Positions 35,043-48,281 of a stretch of 64,000 nt of DNA are shown here, piece after piece. Position 1 is the stretch's first letter, and the number at the start of each line of letters is the position of its first letter. The stretch spans positions 310,001 to 374,000 of the forward strand of contig JAAOMT010000040.1 of NCBI GenBank assembly GCA_016748015.1, in the 5' to 3' direction. Made by a program: the position numbers and the translations under genes. Below the pieces are notes generated by a model. That model saw nothing but the letters and a program-made list of their open reading frames with translations. It searched no databases and was not told the DNA's origin. The stretch is from Geosiphon pyriformis uo1. Taxonomy: Eukaryota > Fungi > Glomeromycota.

Positions 35043-38000
35043 TTAATCTTGTCTTATTTTTGAGAGACTATTAACATTGGTGTGTAGTTTTTCTGGTTTG
35101 TGGTGTACAATATATTTGTAGTCGGCTAAGAAATCATTCTATCAAAACTGTTTGGCACTTTGTTCAGTTTTCTTTTTATTGAGCCATTTAAGACCAATAT
35201 TGTCAGTTATGATATCAAATTCTTTTTCATTCTTCAAGTATTGCTAAAAGTGTTTAAGAGCCCAAATAACTGCAGCAGCTTTTAATTCAGTTAAGCCATA
35301 TTTGAGTTCTGTTGGTTTAAGTATTCTACTGACATAGACAATAACTTGTTCCTGGCCATTTTCATCCAATTGTGATAGAATGGCACCAAATGCTATGTGT
35401 GAAGCATTAGTGGCTAGTTGAAATCATTTGTTAAAGTCTAGGTAAGCAAGAACTGGGGTTGTTGTTAATTTTGTTTTGAGAGTTTCAAAAGTTTTTTGTT
35501 GTTTTCAGTTTATTGGTATGGCACGTTTTTGTTGGTAAAATAATTAAGTGGTTTGGCAATTTCTGAGAATCCTTTTATGAATTTTTGATAGTAAGAGGCT
35601 AATTCTACAAATCTTTATAGCTCTGTGATATTTTTGGGAGTTTGAAAGTTTTTGACAGCATTGATTGTTCTAGAATTTGGTTTGATTCCATCTTTACTGA
35701 CAATGTGTCCAAGAAAAATTAAACTTGTTTTTCCAAAGTGACATTTCTCAATGTTTAACTTCAATCCTATTTTCCATAATTGTTGAAAAACTTCTCATAG
35801 GTGGATAAAATAAGCTTCAAAACTTGGTGAGTATATATTAGTGTTATCCAAATAGACAACTATTGATTGCTATAAGAGTCTTTCATATACAACATCCATG
35901 AGTTGTTGGAATATTGCTGGTGTATTGCAAAGTTCAAAAGACATAACATTGAACTCATAATTTCCTTCTTGAGTAGTAAATGCTGTTTTAGATCAATCTT
36001 TTAGGTTTATTTTGACTTGCCAGTATCCACTTTTTAAGTCTAAAGTTGAGAAAAACTTGGCTTTTCTTAGAGCATCTAGCATGTTATCAATTCTTGGAAG
36101 AAGATAGGTATCTCCAATTGTCACACTGTTCAGTTGGTAATAGTTAACACAAAATCTGATTTTTCTATTTTTTTTTAACAAGAACTACTGGTAAGGCCCA
36201 AGAACTTCTTGATGGTTAAATCAATTCATTATTGAGTATTCTCTAAACTTCTTCTCTAATAAATTGGTGGCTGGCAGATGGTACTTGATAAGCTTGTTAA
36301 TGTTTTGGTAAAGCATCTCCTGTGTAGATCTGATGTTGAACAATTTTAGTTTTTCCAAGGTCATTGTTATCTTTTGCAAATATGTTAGCGAATTCAGCTA
36401 TTAGCTATTTCAATTGTCTTTGTTGTTAAGATTCTAAGAGACCTATGTTAATTCAAGAAAGTTTTTCTTCCAAAAGATGGTAGTTTTCAATAATAAAAAT
36501 AATGTTTGGATTTGGGAGTAGTGTATGTTTTATAATTTCGATAAAATTAGAGACAATTTAAGAGTTTTTATCTTGGAAAATATTGCTGTATATAATTCCA
36601 ATCTCTAATTTATTCAATAAAACAATAGGGTAATTATTGGGGTTGTAAAATATAACTTAAAATTTTTTTATTTCTTTAAGAATATAAACATTTGGAATTA
36701 AGATTTCATGCTTTAAACAGATTTGTTCATTGGATTCAAAGATTTGTTGAGTAGTAATGAGTTTTAAGCAAATGTAAATTTCTTGATGTTTTCTAAAAAG
36801 TGAAATAGTAATTGGTTGGGGAAGTTGAAGAATCTGGTAAGATTCATTCTGTGTATTGAAAACTATATTTACTGGCACTGTAAATCATCCAGTTAAACCA
36901 AAACTTTGAGTTCCTCTTTTACTTTTTCCCAATTGTTCTCTGTTGTTAACTAATTGTAAATCCAAAATGTTAATTAAGAGTAGGTAAATTGCTTGGGCAA
37001 TTTTTTTAGCATGTTCAATTCTGACTGGTTTGTCTGTTTCATTCTGTAACATGATGGTAATATCTCCAGTATATTTTGCATCTATGATTCCTTCTTTAAT
37101 ATTGATTTTTTTGTTTGCCAATGATGATTGGAAAGCAATTTGTATTATTGCTCCTGGTGGTATTTTAAAAGCAATTTTGAGATTAATATTGGTTAAGGAT
37201 TTTGGTTAAAAAACCAAAGTATCTTTGCCAGAATATCTTAGGTCATATTCTGTATTAATTTCATGGGCTTTTTTTGGTTTTATTCTTTTTCCATTGTTGT
37301 CAAAGTATTTGAGTTGTATAACAGGCTGGTTTTTAATAAGATAAATTGGAGTTGTTGTACTTTCTTCTTCTGTTTTATGTTCTCCAAATTCAATTTCTTC
37401 TTGGTCATTTTTACTGGATAAGAAGATACTAAGAGCATAGCATTCTGAACACCATTTGTCATCACAAGACATAATGTATTCTTTACACAATTGAATGTTC
37501 ATCTGCTCTAATTGTTGAATTTGAGCTTTTTGGATTGGGTAAGTATGACTTGCAATTTGATGGTATGTTTCTACTTCATCTTCATAATTAAATCTAATTA
37601 ATTCCATTGTGTATTCAATATACTCAGCTTCTTTCATTTGGTGGACATTTTCTTGTGTGATTCCATTAATTAAAGTCATTGCTAAGTCAAAGATCATTTC
37701 AGCATTATAAGGATAATAGTAGAGTTTATTGAGAGTGCTGTTATATGCTGCATCAAATAGTATTCTTTTTCTGACTTTTTCTAATATTGATAGAGCATAT
37801 TGGCAGGTTTAATCACATACTTTTTTTCTCATTGCAATATCAATCCAATTGCATTTTTTTGGTAGCATATCTCCACATGTGAGACAAGAAGTGTTGTCCT
37901 ATTTTCTATTTCTTTTGGGATATTTAAATCGTTCTCTATGATATGCTTTATAATAGTAACAGGTGCAAGTTTCATATTCTTCTTCTGAAGAAATACATGC

Positions 38001-40540
38001 TCTTATTGATGAAAGTTTTTTGTTGCAATCTTTGCATTTAAGTAGGATGTTAATTCAAGAGCCATAAAGGTTTTAGTAATTGGTAGTTTTTTCTCCTCTT
38101 CAAATTCAAATACTGGAGCTTTTTTAGATTTTTTATTAAAAGTACTATAGTTAACAGGTACTCTAGTATATTGTTCTTGATATGAAATCTTCAATTCTTG
38201 TTTCTCAATTTAAATTTGCATTGGCCTTGAAAAGCCAATTATTTCCGACAAGAGCCTGGTATTGTGGTATATTTATAACTAAAACTTTGACTAGAATGGT
38301 AATTCCATCAATAGTGAATGAGAAATTGTTAATTTCTCCTACTGGTGTCTTTTTTATATCATTTGCTATAACAATTACAGTTTGGGCTGGTCTGTCAACA
38401 GTTCTTTAAAGTTGTTGTATTAATTGGTAGATAATAATATTTCTAGCTAATCTACTGTCTAAGATTAACCAAATTGGTTTTCTTTCAACTTCAGTTTCAG
38501 TATACATTGCTGTAATTGCTTTTTGTTTATTGATTGCTGTATTGCTAAGCAAGAATGGTAATTCATTGGCTTCAAATTTAAATGGAAATATATTTGAGAG
38601 ATTGGCATTTTAAGCAATTTGAGCTGGTAGAATAGTATTGTTGGAAGGATTTGATCTTGGTGCTGTAACTTTATCTTCAGAAAGTACAGTTTATTAAAAA
38701 TCCGATTCTTTAGGCATTGTAAAATAACTGAGTTGAGTATGGTAGTGATTGGGTCTTTGCTGACCAGAATTTCGAGAAACCAATTAGTTGTTTGAATTGA
38801 TTTTGTTGTTATTGTTCTGAAATTGATTTTGAGATGCGAATTGGTTATGTTGAACCAATCTTCGGGCTGGTATTTGATATTGTTGTATAGGTGGTTATTG
38901 ATACTGTTGAATTGATAGAGGTTGTTAGTATTGTTGCTATGGAGCAGATTAATAGTAATTAGTTTGCTGCTGGGATCTTGAGAAATAGTAGGCTGGTGGT
39001 GGAGACTAATAATAAGATTGCTGTATTGAAGAGTAATGTTGATTACTTCTGTTTTGCTGGTTTCTTTGTAGCTTTTTGCAGTCTTGTTTCCAATGTTCTG
39101 AAATTTCACAATAATGACAACTTTGGTTTTAACTGTTTGATGAAAATGGGTAGTTGATTTGGTTTTATTGTTGTGGTGGCTGATATCTTTGTGGTTGTTG
39201 CTGTTATTGTTGGTTGGTAAAATAGTTCTCAACCTTTTTTGTAAGTTGGTCAATTTTTTTTTCAGCTGCTGAGCTGGTTTTTTCAATAGCAAGATTTACA
39301 AGTTTAATATGATTTGCTTCTTCTATTGCCATTTCATAGTTCTTTGCATGTCTAATGGCTGTTGCTAAGTCTTCTGGAGCATGTAAACAAACTTTTTTGA
39401 TTAACTTGTCTTCAATCCTGCTATAAACTGATCTAAAATCTGGACATTGAAATAGTATTCATTGGTTTCCAATTGTCAAATTTATTGAAAAAGTTTGTTG
39501 AATCTCTCAAGATAGGTCATAACAGTTTCAGATGTTTCTTGTTTGATATTTCAAAAGCAATTGCAGAGAGTAATAAAGGTGTTGTTGTTAATAAATTGTT
39601 GTAAAAAAGCATCTTTGAATGCTTGCCAGTTTTCAAATGGTTTTTCTAAGTTTTCAAACTATTCTTCTGCAGTTTTTTGAAAAAAGTATGGAATTGCTTT
39701 GAGCATTTTTGCTGCATTCCAACTATTTGTGTTTTCTGCTTTTTGAATTTTGTCAAGCTATTTTTGAGAGCTGGTATCATTATCTTCACCAGTAAATTCT
39801 AAGATTTTTACAATATAAGCAGTTGCTATTTTTTCTTTATTTTCTGTAATTTCTTCTGGTTTTGATTCAGTTTCTTCACTTTTCAGGTTTTCTGAATGAT
39901 TGCTTTTGTTTTCTTGTAAGTAATCAAAAAGATTGGTGCTAGTTGATATTAGTTCCTGCTGTTGAATAAGATTTCTAGGTAACTAAAAATTTTCTGGTCT
40001 GAAGAAATAGTTAAATAGTGAATTTAGTGTTTGTGGTCAAGCAAGTAAAATTGGAAATAGTGTAATAGAAAGTGGTAATTTGACACTGGTTCTTTGTTCA
40101 GGTGTTTGTAAGTGTTTGGCAGTTATCTTTGGTATCTTTGGAGTATTTTAGAATAGTACTTGAGTGTTGTTTTTGTTTGTCTTTGTTGTTTGTTTTTGTC
40201 TCAGATTCAAAGTCAATAGAGTATTTAGACTGTACTAGATATGTTTTTTTACAATACTTGATAATGTTAAAATTAAGTTCTTGAAAGTAGGTGACAAGTG
40301 TTTTATTGTTAAGGTCTTCAGTTTCTAACTGTGAATAGTGTACTAAATTATTGTAGAAATTGCTTCTAACTTTTGAAATGTTGTAATTTCCAAGAAAATA
40401 ATTGTTGATATGGTTTTCAATATACTAATAAAGTGTTTTTTTAACAATTTCAATTCCGTCTGGAATGTTGAATTTTTGTTTGCAATAGGTGTAAATTGAC
40501 TGATAATACTTTAGAGTTGTTGTGTCTGGTGTGGTCACTA
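35043..40540 (-). pseudogene. gag-pol: D gag-PR-Cys-rich-dUTPase-RT-RNase H
   Basis: LILDS protease ~38460; dUTPase EYDLRY/GIIDAKYTG/KIAQAI/RGTQSFGLTG at 36885-37320; RT LDLKSGYWQV and YLDNTNIY; ends SLSKIRQD*. Confidence 0.88.
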
Positions 40541-40586
40541 CTTTGAAGTTGTTATTGCTGTGTTATTTCTGTAGGAGAGCACCAAA

Positions 40587-41557
40587 TATTACCAGAAATT
40601 TTTGGTCTTTTTTCTTGAATGTTGTTAATATTAACTTGCTGTGAATTCACATTCTTAGGAAGTAGTTGGACCTCTAGTAACTGAATTTATCTTCAAATTA
40701 TCTCCTATAATTTGAACTGCTGGGCTTATAAGTAAAATGGCCAATTTTGTGCCAATTGCTTATATAGTTATATTGTAGTAAATGTCAACTCTTTTCCAGG
40801 AATTGCTTGTCTAGAAGCTTACTAAAAATGTGTAGTTACTTTGCTGTGAAAGTCAACTCTTTTACAGGAATCTCGTCTATAGACTACTCTAATGATTATA
40901 ATAAGAAAAGAAAAATAAAAATAAAAGAAATGTAAAAGAAATAGAATTTTATTAAAAGAAACGTTTTCTATTCAGGCCTGAAATTACTAACAATTTACTG
41001 AAATTGGTAGCTAATCAATTTTGAAATATTAGTTGTGTTTGAGGGAATTTCAAATGTAATAATTTAAGAATTTGGTTTTTGAATATTTAATTTTTATTTG
41101 AATATGTAAAAGGTAATTTGTTCTAATTAAGATATTTAAAGTGAGATACTATGTTAAGATACTGTGAAAAGATACATTTTCTTAAAGAGAGAAGCTTTTT
41201 TTTATACAACTTGTTGTAATACTAGTCTTTGAACTTGCACTTTTTTTTTTGCTACAATTTGGGTAAATTAAAGATATATTTCAGCAAACTACAAGTTATT
41301 TCACTAAACTATTGATTATTTCGGCGAATTTTTATTAATTTCGGCGAATTTTGACTATGTTAAATGGTTCAGGATATTGTGTAATTCGATCATCTTACTT
41401 TCTATAATACAAATCGGATTATTAATTAAGTAATGATATTTGATAATTTGATTAAATAATAAGTGATAATTGAAATAATAATAATATATGCTAATTAATA
41501 ATAGGAATTATGAGAGTAATTTCATGCTAATTAATAGCTAAAATTCTATTGGTAACA
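40587..41557 (-). repeat. 5' LTR of D
   Basis: Repeat of 31782-32752; PBS 2 nt downstream on the minus strand. Confidence 0.95.
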
Positions 41558-44500
41558 ACAGAAATTTTTCCAAAATATTTGATATTAAAAACCTATTAAG
41601 ATTATGAAATGTACAAGACAAATTGTTTACCAAGAATAAATTATTGTTTAAAAAAATCTTTACCACCTTAGCCAAAAAATTGTTCACTAGACTAACATAC
41701 AACTTGACAAAAAACTGCAAAGAATTTAAAAAAGACCACCCTAGAACTTGCAAACCAAAAACTTATGTTTAAACAAATGCCCAAGAATATTTAATACATT
41801 AGAAAATGTAATCAATAATGCCATTTTTCTTTCAGACTGTACTTGCTTAAAGAGCTTTAAATTATACAAAGATAGATAATACAAAGTTTTATTAAGAAAG
41901 TTTTGTAACAAATCAGTCTTGGCCTTAAAATTTTTTCTGATTATTACATCTTATTTATAATACACACTTAATAAAATAAAACTAAACTATAATTAATAAT
42001 TAATAATAAACTATAAGACAATTAATACCAAATAAGAAAACTGTTTATCCATAATTACTCTTAGTACTACATTAAAAAAAACTTAATATTAGCATAAGCT
42101 TAAATTATATTAGGCTTTAAAAAATTCTCAGTTGACAAAAAAATTCTCAAGTATTTGTGCAATTTACCTCTTTTAACAATTGAAATTGGCAAATCATGAT
42201 TATTAATAAAGCATTTTTAATATTTTGATTAAAAGAAATACTTATTGTCTTCTTATTATTAATTAAAATATTATTAACATCAAAAAATTTATTAACAATA
42301 TTCAAAATATATTGTGTAGAAGTTTGACTACTTTTAATCTAAATTGTATCATTAACAAAAATACTGGTAGCAAAAAATGAAGTTTTTCTTTTAATAGCTT
42401 CAATTTTGTTAGTTTTGGCTATAAACTTAGTATTAATTCAATATTCACACAAGTGTTTATGTCTCTTAACTTTGCACAAAAATGAATTGTAAAAAATTAT
42501 TCAAAAGAAAAAAGAAATAATCTTATTTTGATACAATTTATTATGCACTTTGTAATTATCTAAAAGTTCAAAATTAGTTATTATTCTATTGATCTACTTT
42601 TTATATATGTTGTCAAAAAACTTAATAAATTAATTGCATATCTTAATGTATTTTAAGCTAACTTTTAAATAATGTCATCCTACTAAATCATAAGTTTTGT
42701 ACATATCTTACAAAACCAACCAAAACTCTTTATTTTTTTTAGTGTATTTTTAACAACCAATTTAATGGCAAAAATAGAAGATTGAGTTAAGATACTTTTC
42801 AATACCAAAAAGTTATTATCATAAAAAACATCAAATTTGCTATATGCTAAGAATATTTGATTAAAAAAAATCTTAAATAAAATTTTTTTAACTGTTTCAA
42901 TTAGTGCAATAGACTAAATATTTATTTAAAATACTATCTCACTTATAAGATTTAGAGATTATTGAAATCTATGTTCTCTTTCAAAAAGCCAAAACTATAC
43001 CCAAAGTTAAATACAAATTCAACAACTTCAAAAAGCATTTTAACACTTTATTATTACAATATTTCTATAGTTTATTTGAAATCTCTAATAACTTAACAGT
43101 CTTGCTACTTGGCAAATCATTAATAATCAAAGTTAACTTTTCCATATTAATCTTTTTTATCACATCAAAAAAGGCATTATTATTTACATACTTTAAAAAT
43201 ATATATTAATAAGACCAAAATTCAAGTATTTTTAGGAATACTGATTACTTTTTCATCTATTTTTCTATAATTTCGTTAATTCTAAGCTTTACCTTATTAA
43301 ACTTTACTACCAATTCATTTTCAACTATCAGATAATCCAAAACAACTTTGCAAAAAGACCATTTTAAAATATTTTTTATTATTTATTCTTTGTTAGAGCA
43401 AAAATTTTCTATATATTGTTTAATTGCTTTTTTAATAGTTGTATTCTTAAATGCCTTTAATTTATAATACTTAGATTTTTAATACTTTTTTCTAATCATT
43501 AACAAATGTTTAATTATATCTATTAACTTTATATTATCTTGAATTATACTAACAATCTTAGATATTTTAACACTATCAATAGTTAACCAAACTTTGATAA
43601 GTTATTTAAATTTCAACAGATCTTTAGAATTTTATTTCTTTATAATCTTAGCAATGAGGAGTTCTAATTTGAAAAATTTTGATGACTGTCTGTTTTTTAA
43701 ACAATTATACTCATTATACCAATGTCTAAAAAACACCATATTGGCAAACTATATTAAAGCTTTTTTTAAAATTTCTTATATTGTATTTAAATTACTATAA
43801 TCTTTTACTTTTTTAAACATATTTAATATTGCCAACAATTCAGCAAAAAAGTGCTTTTTAAATTGCATCTACTTGATTTTATTAGCATCTTTTATTTTGA
43901 ATTTCTATTGATTTTATTAGCTTGCTTATAAATACTATTAAGACAAATATTCAGAAGACCATTCAAACCAACTAAAACTAAGATTGTCTTATAATCTGTA
44001 TCAAAAAATTCCAATACAATATCAACTTTATGACTTGTAATTGCAGATATTAGATTTTTATTTACAAATATAAAATTTAATACTTTTTCAACACCCTTAG
44101 AATTTCTTTAAGTAAAAGTTTTAATCAATAGATGCTTATTAAATACATTAACCAAACTTAAATCCAAACAAAACTTGAAACTTGCACTTTTTTTGAATCT
44201 ATTCTTATTAAAATTTTTACTTAAGACCACAAAAGTACTAGAATTAACTGCTTTATTAATAAAAAAAATTGATTTTTAACACTTGTTTAAATCTAATCTT
44301 AGCAGAAGCACCAGCATATAATTTTAAAATTATCACTGAAAATTTATTTTTAAATAAAAAATAAACCAAAATAATTATGTTCAAAATTTTATTTATCTTT
44401 AAAATATACCAAATTAAAAAATTGTTTATAATTATAGTTACTTTAATATTAAAAAAATTTTTGTCCAAATTAAACATAAAGATTTGTACTTTTTTAAACT

Positions 44501-46663
44501 TATTTACAATCCAAGACTTAATATTAGATCTTAATTTAGTTTTTGTAATAATAAAAATCATATTATCTGGATTAATATATCAATAAACAATATTTTCTTG
44601 CTAAGCAAAAACATCAACTTTTTTAATATTGTATATAGTAATTTTCAAGATCAAATCAGTTATTATTGAAAAAAAATATCTGAATTCAAACTTTTATTAT
44701 CCATCTTTGGCCAGCAGATTGATAATCATACTTAACAAATTGTTTATTTTATCCTTAAATCTTTTAATAGTTAATAGATTAAAAAACTTTACTTTTACTA
44801 CAGTCTTATTACTAGTGGCTACACTTGAACTCTTACTTATTATTATATCTATTTTTTAATTCTGTGATAAAAAAATTGCCAATAATTGACATTCAGAGCT
44901 AGACTGAAAAATCATTGGCCTAAGTGCATCTAATTTTTTAGCCAACTTGTTAATTTATTCTATAAAATTGGTAAAACTGTGCTTAAAAATGACAAACTTA
45001 TTATTTACATCTAAAAAAACTAGTAAAGAAAGTTTAATATTTGAAAATAAACCAGCATTAGAAAAAACCAAAGACATTACACAAAAAGTAAAATCACCAA
45101 CAATTTGTATTCAAGTCTTTGTACTAAATGAAACTAAACAAACAATTAATATCTGTTTTTTTTTATATATATTTACCAAACAAATTTGATCTTGAAAATT
45201 GACCACCTATTTATTGTGACCACCTAAATTCTCATTTACTAAACACATATCAGAAACATGACCAAATTGTTTGCACTAAGTACAACAAACCAAAAAAAGA
45301 CCAGCCCAATATAAATTTTTCTTCTTAAAAACAGAATAAAAATCAATAACAGCTTTTTTAATGTCTTATTAGCAAAAAAAATTACAGCATATCTGTTATA
45401 TATATATAAATCTAAATTGCAGTTAATTGAGCAAGTTTTCTTATCATATAATTTTAACAAAGCAGAAAGATCATAAATAGTAGTATTAACTAGCAAAATA
45501 TACAACAAAATCTGATAATAATTCCTAATTACTTATGTTTGTTTATTATTAATAGTCAATATTACATGTATTAAATCTTTACCCATAAATATTAACTATT
45601 TAGATACTATCAAACCAGTAATTTTAGATAATTTAAATTCAACTAAGATCTTTTGCCAAAGATCAATAAGCTATATTTTAATTAACACAATATTACCAAA
45701 TTTAGAGAAAACTGACTTTACAGCTAATTTAGAAAAATCTACTGAAATTTTTTTAGCAATTACTTTTTGATCTGTATGGTTGTTTATTTTTTTAACATTA
45801 TTATTGACCAGAATTTTCTTATAAATCGCCATTTTTTAGTCTTTTTTAAGCTTAATTTAAATGTAAAGGTTGATATAATAATTTCTGAAAATTTTAAAAG
45901 AGTAAATGTCTTTTCAAACTATTTACATGATAAAAAAATTTTTTTATAGCCATTAACTTATTATCAAAAGTTTTTTTTGGCACAGTAGAAAGTTTAATAT
46001 TCAATGCAAAAAATTTTATAACAACAAAATTTTGTTTTTCTAATACATGTGATCCAGCCAATAATAACTGTTTAGAGCCAACAAACTTGAAAAATAAAAG
46101 CACTAAAATGTTATTATTGTTTATAACATTAAACAAAAGAGTCTTCAATGAGTATTTTAACACATATATCTAAGTATAAGTTTTTTTCAGTATGGTTTTA
46201 TTCCTATTCTTACCACTTTCAGAAACATCTAAGTTTACATAATTGGTTTTTTTAGTAAACATATTTTTCATATTTTCTATATCCAAAAAACTACTAACAC
46301 TATTAGCTATGTTGCCAATTTTGCTATCTTAAAACAGATTTTATACCAAATTCTCCAATATTTATTATACTTAAAAAGCTAGCAGATAAGTCAACTATAT
46401 TATTTCCCATTTTAGGTTTTTTAGGCTTTTTATAAGATGTATTATAAAAGTAGACACTTATTACACTTTTTTTTTTAGTGCTTGAACAGATTTTCAGATT
46501 AGCCAAACCAAAGCCAGAATTATTAACAAAAGAGCCCATTAATTTTATTACTACAAAAATAAGTATACTAAAAAAAATAACTTAAAAAAAAATAAAATAA
46601 GAAAAGCTATTTCTTTAACAATTCTATGCTCTTATTATAACCAAAAAATTAATAAGAGAAAGA
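41558..46663 (-). mobile_element. LINE-1 main body (5' UTR, ORF1, endonuclease, RT), heavily decayed
   Basis: Collinear with LINE-2. ORF 44256-44561 is an APE-like endonuclease (ITKTKL..LYAGAS); RT FVNDT at ~42350; ORF1 remnants 44670-46540; pyrimidine-rich 5' end like LINE-2. Confidence 0.85.
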
Positions 46664-48281
46664 GTTTTTTAATTTTATAGAATTATTGTTTTAATATTAT
46701 TAATAATACTATTAATATTAATATAAAATTGGTTAAATTTTAATATAATAAGTATGAATTCATAAAATATATAAAATAATATAATTTAAATAGATTTATT
46801 TTTGAAATAATTATAGATTTTAAATATTAGATTATTAATTATAAAAGTTATTTAATAAAATAAAAACAAAATTTATCTTTAATTAAACTTGTTTTTTTTC
46901 TGTTTTTAATATTTTTGTAAATTTTTATAAATAAAATTTCTAATATTTCTGAAATTTCTGAAATTTTTAATATTTTTGCTAAAATTTTTAAAATTTTTAG
47001 CATTTTAAATTATTAAAATCTTTATTAACATTTTTAAAATATTTGATATTATATATTTTAATAATTAATATTATGTTATTAGCTATTTATATTATATTTT
47101 TTTCTTATTTTTTTTGTTTTATTTTATGAATAATAATATATATTTTTTTAATATTAAACTTTAGTAAAATTTTTTGAATTTTGTTTGAATAAGTTTAAGT
47201 ATTTTTTTTTATAATATTAAAAATTTTTGTTCTTAGTTTTTTAAACTGTAAATTAATTATTTTTTTAATTGGTTTATTATTAATGTTTTTATAATTAAGT
47301 ATAATAATATTTTATTATATTTGTAAAAAATTGCATATAATTAATATATTATTTTTAAGTAGATTATTAAATTGTTTTATTTATTGTATTATTTTTTTGT
47401 TAAATATTTGTTTGGATTTATTAATATACAATATCTATTATTTTAAGTAATAATTAAAAATTGTTTTTTCCAACCTTTTAAATAACTGTTAATGGATTTT
47501 TAAAAGTTTTTTTTTATTTTTTTAACAATTCTTTTTATATAGTTATCTATTTGTATTTATAATTTATTATATAAAGCTATTTAAATTGTTTTTTTTTAAA
47601 ATGTTTTTATAGCAAATTTTTTGGCTATTAACTATTAGTTTTATGTTTAATTTTTTTTTAAATACTTAAAATAATTATTAAGTAATTAAGTAAATATTAT
47701 TTATAATTTTTATTTTATTGGTTATTTTGTTATATTTTAATAGTATTTATATATATATTTTTTAATTTTATAATATATTAGCTTTAATAATAATAATTGG
47801 TTTCAGATCTTGTAGAATTTTATTTGGTTTAATCAATATTTTTTGTGTTTTTAATTGTAATGTATTAGATAGTAATAATAACTTAATATAATTTTAATCA
47901 ATTATTATGTTTTGTTTTAATTAAAACTTTGTTTTTTAATTATAATTATATGTTCTATTTTCAAGTATTTTTTAATATAACTTATTTTGGATTTAATTTT
48001 TTATTTTATTGTTTTTTTACTTTAATATAATATAATAATATTTTGTTTTTAATTTTTAATTTAACTAATTTATTTAACAATTAATTATTATAAATTTTTT
48101 TGTTTTTTTTATAATATTTCAATATAATTAATTGCTTTTTTAATGTTTTTTTTTTTTATTATCATTTAACGAGTGAGATCCAAACACTACCTAGAACTAT
48201 ACATCAAAGAAATGATCTAAACTAAGCATGAATTATGCACTGTCTACATGTGACCAGCCACTTGAGCCAGTCAGGACAACA

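Larger units (their letters stand above)
31782..41557 (-). mobile_element. Ty3/gypsy LTR retrotransposon D, full-length, dUTPase-bearing
   Basis: 971-bp LTRs 31782-32752 / 40587-41557, perfect ACAG TSD, PBS TGGTGCTCTCCTACAG ending at 40584, PPT AAAAAGGAAATTA. Confidence 0.96.
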
